IMG/VR virus record: IMGVR_UViG_3300031612_000007 | DNA length: 64,000 bases | Reading direction: 5' to 3' (one strand) | Source of the DNA: an uncultured virus (IMG/VR IMGVR_UViG_3300031612_000007) | Lineage: Duplodnaviria; Heunggongvirae; Uroviricota; Caudoviricetes; Schitoviridae | Shown here: piece after piece, positions 10,545 to 20,900 of the stretch | How the letters are laid out: each line of letters starts with the position of its first letter | Numbering within the stretch: position 1 is the stretch's first letter | The notes under the pieces: generated by a model | What the model was told of the DNA's origin: nothing | Seen by the model: only the letters and a program-made list of their open reading frames with translations | Databases searched by the model: none | Program-made: the position numbers and the translations under genes

Positions 10545-11112
10545 ACTTAAAGTAATTGGTATTGATCCATCACTCCGTAACTGGGGCTTGGCTACTGCAA
10601 CTTTAGATCTGGTAACTAAAAAACTAACTCTCGATAAGCTTTCTGTTGTGAACCCTGTTCTCCCTTCGGGAAAACGGGTTCGTCAGAATAGTCTTGATCT
10701 TGAATCAGCGTTCCAGCTCTATAAAGAAACAGTTATTGCTACTAAAGGAGCCAATGCAGTATTTATCGAAGTGCCCGTTGGGTCACAATCAGCCCGTGCT
10801 ATGGCATCCTATGGTATCTGTGTAGGGGTCTTAGGCGCACTGAGAGCGAATGGGATACCTTTCTTTGAGGTAACACCTACTGAGGTTAAACTAGCAGGTC
10901 CAGGGATGAAAACTGCCACTAAGAAGCAGATGATCTCTTGGGCTTTGCATCAACACCCAGAAGGTAACTGGCCTACATATACTCAACATAATAAGATATT
11001 AGTTAGTGAAGCTAAAGCCGAACATATGGCTGATGCAGTAGCTAGTATATATGCAGGTATGGCTGGTAATTCTTTTCAACAATTGTTGGCTATAATGCCA
11101 ACACAATCTTAA
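10525..11112 (+). CDS. RuvC-like Holliday junction resolvase (N4 gp46-like)
   Basis: IGIDPSLRNWG, FIEVP, TPTEVK, EHMADA; start set at ATG 10525 after GAGG. Confidence 0.85.
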   Translation: MPLLKNKLKVIGIDPSLRNWGLATATLDLVTKKLTLDKLSVVNPVLPSGKRVRQNSLDLESAFQLYKETVIATKGANAVFIEVPVGSQSARAMASYGICVGVLGALRANGIPFFEVTPTEVKLAGPGMKTATKKQMISWALHQHPEGNWPTYTQHNKILVSEAKAEHMADAVASIYAGMAGNSFQQLLAIMPTQS

Positions 11113-11120
11113 GGATAGAA

Positions 11121-11363
11121 ATGATAATTAACTTACAACAAAAAGAAGTTGCTGGAGCCCTACACCTATACCTTGTAAAGCAAGGCTTTAATCTACAAAA
11201 TAAAACAGTAGATATTAAGTTTAGCTCTACACGTAAAGACTCCGGAGTACTGGCTACAATTAGTATTGAAGAAGCTGGTGCAGCTACACCAATAAAGTCA
11301 AGTCCTCAACCAACACCTAAAGCAGAACCTGAAGTAGGAAAGACTACTAGTATCTTTACATAA
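11121..11363 (+). CDS. Hypothetical protein (N4 gp47-like position)
   Basis: 80 aa, AAGGA RBS, MIINLQQKEV..AL..YL..QG pattern. Confidence 0.6.
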   Translation: MIINLQQKEVAGALHLYLVKQGFNLQNKTVDIKFSSTRKDSGVLATISIEEAGAATPIKSSPQPTPKAEPEVGKTTSIFT

Positions 11364-11373
11364 GTAGACCATT

Positions 11374-11559
11374 ATGCAAATACTAAAATATATTGGTTAT
11401 TTCATACTTGCTGCTGTAGTATTCGTCATAGCAGCTGCTGTTAATATGGTTGCAATAACCGTAGGCAGTGCGCTTGGCTGGTTAGTTACTATATTTGTAT
11501 TACTAGTAGTTATTGGTGAAGGTATTAAATCAGGCTACGAAAGTAACCAAGATAAGTAA
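11374..11559 (+). CDS. Small membrane protein
   Basis: Two hydrophobic segments. Confidence 0.6.
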   Translation: MQILKYIGYFILAAVVFVIAAAVNMVAITVGSALGWLVTIFVLLVVIGEGIKSGYESNQDK

Positions 11560-11567
11560 GCTATGCG

Positions 11568-11650
11568 ATCATGCCATATGAAGGGCGGTTGGTTAAGGGA
11601 CGAGCCAAGTGCTATGTAGTATGGTGTGATGCCGGATAACGTAACCGGTA
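11568..11650 (+). ncRNA. Candidate structured RNA between convergent operons
   Basis: 11-bp stem 11568-11578/11620-11630 with two G:U pairs, inner stem 11589-11594/11603-11608, then hairpin GCCGG-ATAACGTAA-CCGGT. Confidence 0.35.
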
Positions 11651-11652
11651 CT

Positions 11653-11928
11653 CTATTCTTTGTACATCTCAACTAGGTATTGATGTAATGAATGTGCAAG
11701 ACCATCAATCAATATCTCATCATGATTGTCTGACCTACCCGTAGAATAAAACAAAGTATGTAACAATTCATGGCAGAACGTCTGTTCCATGACTTTCTTA
11801 TTAGCATTCTTTTCAATTAATATTGTAGCATTCCGAAAATCTGATTGTCCCATTCTATCAGGCAAATCCTCCACTATCTTGACCTTCCAAGTAATTGCGC
11901 CTAATGTGAATTCCTTTGGGATCTTCAT
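11653..11928 (-). CDS. Small zincin-like metallopeptidase-family protein
   Basis: TFCHELLH...HDE motif. Confidence 0.7.
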   Translation of the reverse strand: MKIPKEFTLGAITWKVKIVEDLPDRMGQSDFRNATILIEKNANKKVMEQTFCHELLHTLFYSTGRSDNHDEILIDGLAHSLHQYLVEMYKE

Positions 11929-11929
11929 A

Positions 11930-14900
11930 TCATTTTAATATCGCAAGAGCACCTGCCATAGCAGGTATAGTTTGCACTGCATCAGGATATCTAAAGATGC
12001 CTGAACCAAGAGGGATATTGCCTGCATGCGCGAACATAGAACTTTCTATGATATGAGGTGGCAGAATGTCTAGATAATTTTGCATCATTAATAGCGAAAG
12101 TGCTCGTCCAGGGTTTCCTTTAACTACCCTTAGCAATTCACTTTGTATATATAAGAAATACTTAGTAAATAAAGTAAGCCCCATATCATCACTGTATTGT
12201 AGCCAACGATGTAATGGAATATCGTAATTTACAAAAGATCTGCTAGCATGTCGAATAGCCTCTTCATGGGATAGTCTATTTTTTGTACGCGTAGTCTGAT
12301 GTTGATATAAGGCATATCGAGATGTAAAATCTGACATCTGTGTAAGATGTGCCAGCCCTTGGTACATTTTACTATCTCTAGTCATATATGCTGCACGGAG
12401 AACTTTTACCATTCCATCAGGTAGTTTATCAAGCTGTTTCTCAACTTTCTTTGTAAGTACACTTTTGAAAGAGTACTTATCTTCAGTCATATCTAAATCT
12501 TCTACAATTGTTGGCATTAGACCAGCATTTATTAGTGGAGTTACTGGATTACGTTTAATAGAATCCTCTAGTTCAGTCATACGTTGGGTAATACGGTTTT
12601 GATTACCTTTGGTATAGTTTGCTGTTAATGAAATACGTAGACTATTTAACTCATTAAGATCTTTCTTATGTTGAGTGGCAGAGTTATACGCTACTATGGT
12701 GTACTTAACAGCATCCGCCATAGGCACCCCTTGCAAATATAACATTGAGATATTACTAGTCATATTACCTAATAATACGATACCACTTTTTACAACTATT
12801 ATATCCTTTACTTCAGTAACTACACCTTGCCACATATTCTCACCTCTAGATACTAAGTATGCTGCACCCTTAGCATAGTCTTTAGCTTCATCTTCAGTAT
12901 GGCCTCGCAATCTATGGTTTGTACGTAACATTCCCTCTATTACAGCAATAACAAGTTTCTCTACTTTAGTAATTTCCTCTAAATCCTGTAAATTAGTAGG
13001 AAGATTTTTAGCCTTTCTAATCATACGTTCATCATTTGCCCGTCTGAACATATCACCCATTCCCACTTTTGGGTATCCAAATAATATATCTACCGAATCT
13101 CTACGAATCATTACCCCATTACGATCCCAAATTTCTTTAACATCCTTCTTTGTCTGGGTAGGAAGCCTATCCCAAATAGCCTTTAATTCTGGATCAGAAC
13201 TATCCTCTCCAACTAATAGATATGATTTACCCCTAGTAATATACTCTAGTTCATACTGTTCTCGCATAATTTTGATGGCTACCTTGTTCTGCTCTATAGT
13301 ACTTTTCTTACCCATAATAGAACCCGCTAATTCTCCTAATACTGACTCATAGTTATTATCGCGTTCTAGTAAAGTATTCCTAGTCCTTGTAGTCATTAAG
13401 TATCTCATTCCTACTATGTCACCCTTATCACTATAGATAGGTGCTGCATAATTTTCTTTCACTTTAGTTGGATTAAAGTTTGCTGAAGGTTTTATTCTGT
13501 TCCTGTTACGGTGTTTCATAATATGGTTATGTATAGCCAAATTAGATTGTCCAGCTACTGTATTTGGCAACATATAATTATCATAGACTGAGGTACCCTT
13601 ACTCTTAAGACTACCGAACCCGACAGCAGAAGTTAAGTATGGCGGCATACCACCATCTAAAAGTGTATAAAGGTATTTAGGTTCTTGATTTGGATCGCCT
13701 GGGTCAATTGGTACTGGTAAACTACTCTTAACATACCTCTGATTAATAAGCTCTTTGCCTTCTGCCTCAGTTGCTGTCTCTACTTTTATACGATAGTTAT
13801 AAATTTCTGGCACATATCCATGCACCATTTTTACTGGGTTACCATCAAATTCTTCAATTAATGCCTGATCTTCTAATGCTTTATGTAAACCAAGAGCTAA
13901 TTCAATACCATTACCCTCTTCTACAGATCGGGCATTTTCTGTTTGCATAAGTTTTTTAATTTCTGCTGACTGCTTTCTTGTTGTATCTCCGCCTTCTAAG
14001 TAAAATAATGCATACAATGTGATCAATGATTTGATAGTTTTATCAGCTCGTTTTAGCTGTGATTCATTAAGAGGATCTACATTCCTATTAACACCAAAAC
14101 GCCTAGTTATTTGGTAAGCATTGTGTTTAAACTCCTGAACCTTAGTTTCTCCCCCTATTCTACTAAAACCTAGTGCATTTGCATTTTCAATAAATTCTGC
14201 TTTAAGTGCTCCAAACTGATCTAGAGTGTCTTCAAGTTTTTTAATCTCTGCTTTTATTGCAGTAGTATTGCCTATCAAGTTTTCTATATCACTTAAGGTA
14301 AACCCTGCTGCTGCAAGATTATGTACTCCTGAACGTAAGAGTACAGCTGTAATTGCATCTTTAGTCTCTGCAGGTAGATTTTTATCTTCAAAAGCATCTC
14401 TAAGTGTTTCACCTACAGAAGCTATTTCTTGTACAACTTCACCTTCTAAACGCTTACGTCCTCGAACAAGTAATTCATATGCCTCAAGAGGATTTTTGAT
14501 AGCATTTATTATTCCTTCTCCCAGCTTTAGCTGCCCATCTTGATAAGAGTTTTTCTTATCAATTAGTACTTGCAGTACTCCCTCTAAACGTCCCGAGGCT
14601 AAGGTATCAACAAGTGCAGCTGTTCCCCTAATAATGCCACTACCTGATTTTCTTACTATAGGTGACTTGGCTGCTTTTATAACCTTTTCAGTTGCCTTTT
14701 CAGTTACTGCTCTAGCGAGCTCTTCCGCAGACTCTATAATAGGGTTAGGACCTTTAGCCTCAAGTTTAAGCTCATATCTACGTTGGGCTTCAACAGCCAC
14801 TAATTGCTCTACTAAGGTAGTTAGTCTTTCATCAATATTCTGGCCTTTCTCAATATTAGCAAGTTTACGATGAAAGAAATCCAAAACACTTTTATAGAGA

Positions 14901-17900
14901 GCTATTAAACGGTCAAGGAAATCTAAACTTACTGCGTCAGGGTTACGAGCCTCAGTAGGTATTTTCAAAAGACTATTAAATTCTTCATGTGCTAAAGATA
15001 AAGCTGCAAATCTAGCCAAGTAATCTGATTTGCCGTCTTCACGAGCTTTTGCACTAAAAACAAAATCATATAGTTCTGTAGCATCTTCTAATGTGTTTGC
15101 TCCGAATTTACCTCTGAAATCTTCTGGAGTAAGCCGATCTTTAGTTTCTTTAAATAATCTTTTTAGCTCTGTGCGCAATGATTCATTGGTTACAGTATGC
15201 ATATTAGAATCTAAAGCAGCACGCATAGTAGCTTCAACTTGTTGTATAACGAAACCCTGCTGCTTATTGCCAGTAAATCCTGAACCTAGTATTTCCGATG
15301 CAAAGGGTGCTTTACCATCGTCTAACGCCTTAAGCCACACTTCTAAGGGGTTACTAGCCGCATCCTTCCGTAAGGCTTCCTTGAAGCTTCCAAAGGGCCC
15401 GTGAAGCTTATCAACGATACCTTCTAGTAATTCACGAAGGTGATCTTTAAACTCTGGTGCTCCTCTCCCATCATCTGGGAATGCGTTAAAAATATCTAAT
15501 GTAGTGTATGCTTCAATATCTGCATCTATAGTAGTTCCTGATATCATAGGCAGTATAGTAAGCCCACCTGAAGTATCCCCTGTATCTTTAGCATCCCTAC
15601 TCTCAATAACTTGTTCCATAAGCCCTGAGACATGCACTATTAGTTCATGCATACCAGTGACAGCTGTGCTATCAGTCCTAGTCCAAGAACCAAAGAATGC
15701 GCTAGCAATCTCAAAGATAAACTCCTGTAAGCCATCTCTAAGGGTTGAAAGCCAAGACTCCTGCTTATTCTCTGGTGGTGTTAGTTTAATTAATACTTTT
15801 TGTTGGAACTGAGTGTTAGACATACCCCAGGATATAAATTCGTCTAGATTACTAGTTGCTGCATTAAAACCTCTAAGTTCTTTCTCGGAAAACTCTTTCC
15901 TATTGGCCTCAATATATTCTATAGCTTGTATACGTAATTTCCCTAAAGCAACAATATGTGGGTTATTTGTTTTCTTTGCAATAAATCCAGATAATGCCGC
16001 ATGCATCAACTCATGTACTAATAGCTCATGGGTTATTCCAGAGTTTTTAAATTCGGTACCTAGAATAGCAACTCCTACTTTTTGCCCATCTCTATATGTC
16101 CAACCGCGTACCTCTAAGTCTTCTGGTACGCCACGGATATCCTCTTTCTTTGTATCAGCAGTAATATAAGTAATCGGCAAATCATCTGGTAATGCTAGCT
16201 TTAACTTAGTTAATAGTTTTAGATAGAAATCACTATTAGTTACACCAGTATCCTTACCATATGTATTTTCTAATATTTGAAATACTTTCTTAGCTGTGGT
16301 CTTTTTATTACGCTCAAAAAAGTCAACCAAAGCAGTATTAGACTCTGTGTTAGAGGTCCCTAATTTACCAAACTCAGTCTCTGTAACTTGCTCCTCCCCA
16401 AAGTCAAGTTCTCCTATAATTGATTTCTCTGCTTTGCTTACATTTGAATCAAGCTTATTACCAGCTTTATATAATTCTAGTAGTTTTGTATTTGCCTTTT
16501 TACGGAACTCTTGTGGCACTTCAAAACTACTAGTATGAGAGGCATATTGTCCAACATTTTCTAAATTTTGTAGTAACTGGAACTTAAGTTCATTTGCTTT
16601 AAAAGTAGACTCTACTATACCCGAGATTGTTTGCCCTAGTACTTCTCTCCCAGAAGTTTTAATATAGTCACTATTCCATTTATTATCTCTATTTATCTTT
16701 TCTGCGGTATTTGTTAAAAATATTGTCAATGCTTGTAAGGTATCCGGAGAGAGCTCTCCAGCTTTTATCATAGTAGAGACACCTTGAACTACCCGCTCTA
16801 GAGTATTAGCTAGCTCTTCTCCTGGAGAGTATGCCAATACAGACTTAGCAAAGTTTTCGTTTACTAGTTTTACAATACCGTCATGGTTACTTAAACTCCC
16901 ACCTAGACCATCATGTATGTTTAATATATCGTACTCTAATTGTGTAAGATGGGATGTTTGGCTATCAAGTGAATGGGTCAACCATGCAGGTGTAGATATC
17001 CCAACACTTTCAAGATAGCTTCTAAATCCTCTGACAGATGCTGAATTAGCACCACCCACAGTTTTCCTATTGTGACGGACTCTAGCTGTATAAGCTGAAT
17101 TACCATACTCAGCTGTACTACGGAAAGATTTACCCAAGAATAAACCACTCTCTAAGTTATCCTCTGCTTTTGACATTGCAGTATGTACTATTGGTTCTAT
17201 TCCCCTTTCCTTAAGTGATTTAGCAAAGGCAGCTTCCTGTTTAGCATTCATATCGCTAGCTGGATTTCCACTCTTAGTTTTTGCTATTTCACCTTTCTCC
17301 ATTAACCTTTCAATCTCTACTTTACGTTCGCTTTCATAAATTACTATATATAAACCACTAGCCATTTGTGCTGCTTTATTAATTTTATCTTGACGATCTA
17401 TAAATACTGCAAAATCTTCCCTTAGTATCTTTATAAGCGGGGCACTTATGTATTCTTTAAACTCAGCTTTTAATTTAAGTACTTGGTCGTCAGTAAGTTC
17501 GGTCTCCATAAGTGTTTGTATGGACAACTCAGTATTTAGTAGCTCAGCTCCACCTTTTTCGAGGAGCCAGTTTACACTCTCAATATAAATATCAAGTTCT
17601 TCTTTATGTTCGTTACGTTGCGCTTTAGTTTTATTAGTACCATAACTGTTATATTTTACTGATATACGCTCAAGCCCCTTATAGTATTGACTAATAAAGT
17701 CATCTCCTAGTTTCTCTTGTATACGAAACATACTAGAACTAAACATTAGAGGATTAAAAACACCTTTAATAAGCTTTCGCATATCGCCAGCAAAGAGCGG
17801 CTTAGCAATTACTTCAATTGAGGCGATTATTGGATAGGATTCATCCCTAAAGCTATCCATGTACGTATCATCTGCCAAAACATCTTTTAACTTTGCACCT

Positions 17901-20900
17901 GTAGCCTCATAAATATCTTTATTTCCATGTTTACTTCTCCAAGCAGGGTAATTCGCGTAACTATCTCCTTTACTAAAAATACCACCTTTTATTACAAATT
18001 TTGCTAAGTCTTTAACATTATTAAAGGCCCCATATAGAATATGGTTAATCATAGTACCATTGGCTACACCATCAGTTACTGATACCATCTGTACATCAAA
18101 TGTTTGATTTTTATTACCCGTTTTTGCCTTCCTATCTTTAGCAGCCTTATAAGAAGCTAAATTGACAAGAGCATTAAGCGATTGTACATTCTGCCCGCCT
18201 GCTTCTACTGCAACAGCAATATCATTTTGCTGATCAGGAGTAAGAATTACACCATCAGTTAATAACTCTGTTATTGCGTCAATGGCAGCAAAATATGGTA
18301 ATTCTTGGTTAGATATTCTTTTTTGAACTTCAGACCAAATAGAATCAAATTGTCTCTCTTCAATTCTAATTCCTAGGTCTTCAGCAATTGTTAAGGCAAA
18401 CCTTGTCATTGCTGGATTATCACCTATCGTAATAGTTTCTTTCCATGATGTTGCAGCGGATAGGTAGCGAGATATTTTACTGTTTACTGGATTAAAATCT
18501 GCTTGGGCAATTCCAACTCTATGCTGTTTCCATACTGTATGGTCATAATAGAAGGGTGTATCAAGACCTTCTTTAGAAGGTATTAATAGTTCGTTAGCAA
18601 AACGTACAATATTGTCGTATTCTAATATTCTTGCTGTATTCCCCGCTTCTGCGCCAGGCCGATTAATAACATGAGTATTCTGAGGAGTTATAGTAGGAGC
18701 TCCAAGTACTCTAAACAGTATAGGATTATTATCCCAAATATCTTTATTAGACCCTATAAGAGACTCTAATACTCTTACAACAGGTACATTTAAATTATGC
18801 TTAGTCTCAACTTTTTTATTAATAACATCTATTAATACTTCAGGAATTAGAGATGTAATAGTTCTTACGCCGCTTTTAATCTTAGTATTAATAGACTTAG
18901 TTGGACTTAAAGTAGGTGTTTTATTTCCTCCTTCTACGCCAAATAATTTATTAAGTATGCCTTCTGACCCACTAGTAATCTCTCTAATCTTTTCAGCTTG
19001 TGGAGACGGGAGTTGTTGAGTGTACTTCTTCTTAGTCTTCACCCCACGTGTTATTGCATAAAATATATGTGCAGCTTTATCATCACTTACATCAGTCCTT
19101 TTATGTACTTCTACTTCCCCAGATGTTGTAGGAGCCACTGTAGGCTGACCAGACTTCCTTTTACTAAGTTCTTCTATTTGCTTACTATCAAGACCTTCTT
19201 GTACTAAGGTCGTCATACTCTTATTGGTTATAGATGTAGCTACTATTAAGCCTGAATCTTCAGCTAGTTTTAATGCATGTTGCCCTAAGGTAGCACGTAA
19301 TCTAGCTTCCCAATGTTGTCCTGTAGTATTCTTTGCTTTAAGTCCTAAGGCTTGCATAACTGTGGTGCCTAAACTATCTAGTAATATAGATCTAGATACT
19401 CCACTAGTCCCTAATTCTTTTCTTGCAGTCTTAGATACTGGTGTATCTCTATCTCTTCCTAAAATCTGATTAATACGTTCATCTGATAGACTAAAGTTAT
19501 CACTAGCGTGATCGCCTATATACTTAATAACTGCAAGGGATATAGCAAGTTTAACATTCTCTTCTGTGTCTCTAACCTCACCCACAGTATCTACGAAGTA
19601 CTGCATTACATCATTTTGCCTGAGATTATCTGGTACAAATTTTGGTAAGTTTTCCTGAATATTATCGAACCATTTTGCTGATGTAGAAAAGAATTCTTTT
19701 ATTGCTTGATCTTGTTTTTCAGTTAAACCCTCAGAATCCAAGAAATCTGCAATTTCAATTTCCTTTTTCTCATACGCTGTATATAGATCTTTAACAGTAA
19801 TCAGTGGGTTTGTTTTTCCATCAGTACCAATACCATCGGTCTGTAGAAAGTCCTCAGCTATAATCTCACGAAGTTGACTTTCAGTACCATCTTCACCTGT
19901 TATAGCAGGTTTAGATTCTCTATTAAGCGCATTTAATCCTTTAATTTCTTCTACAGGTAATGCTGCTTCCGTTTGTTCTGCCTTTTTTATTACACTCCTA
20001 GGTATATGTCTAAAAGTTAAGCTAACTCGTTCAGTCTCTGCTGGTCCTACCGCATGTAAGTACTCTTGTTGAAACTTACCATCTGGCATAGTGTATATAT
20101 CACCACTCTCTGCCGTAAATGACATACTTTCTCTCTTACCACCGTTACGTGTTATCGTAATCTTTGCCTCTCCACCAAAACTAACAGTGACTACAGACCC
20201 TATAGTTTCATCATCACGTAAGAAAATACTTTCAGCATCTGCGTGTTTACCAATTTTATTACCTGCAGGAATTACATTCATTAACCCACTATTAAGGTAG
20301 CCTGGCTTATGTCCAAGTTCTTGCTCTAAGGTTTCAGCTATCTTGATAAGTACTGGGGGCATATCTTTCTGCACATGCTCATATGTCCCATTCGAGTACG
20401 AATATGGAACTGGCCCAAACCAAGCAGTATCTCGAGCTTTTTGTGTCTCAAGCTTATTAGATTTAATTAATTGTTGGATTGCTCCACTTTTATAAAACTT
20501 TTCTAACTCACTAATAGGCGTAAAACCTTTTATAATGTTGAGCCCATTAGGAAATATAATTATATCTTTATTATCTATTTGCTCTGGATTTTCTGCCCTT
20601 TCTTGGGTCCGTATTTTATCTAATATACGAGGAAATTCTGTTGTCCAAATATCAGATCCATAAGGGCCCTTATGGGTAATCGTCTTATTACCTGATTCCT
20701 TTAATAGCGCAAGCGCCTCAACAGCTTCCGGTTCCCCAGAAGCAAGAGAGGTACGTATTAATGTATCCATGATGTCTAAATTCTTATCTCTATTCTCGCT
20801 TAGACGACCACGAAGTTTATTATTTTTCCCCCAACCCTTGTAATCATACGTTTGTTGATCAAATTTACCAGACTTCACAGTTTGGTAAGCATGTTCAACT

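Noticed and set aside
11568..11650. tRNA gene
   Set aside because: No TTC T-loop, no cloverleaf and no CCA; I recognised no tRNA anywhere in the window.
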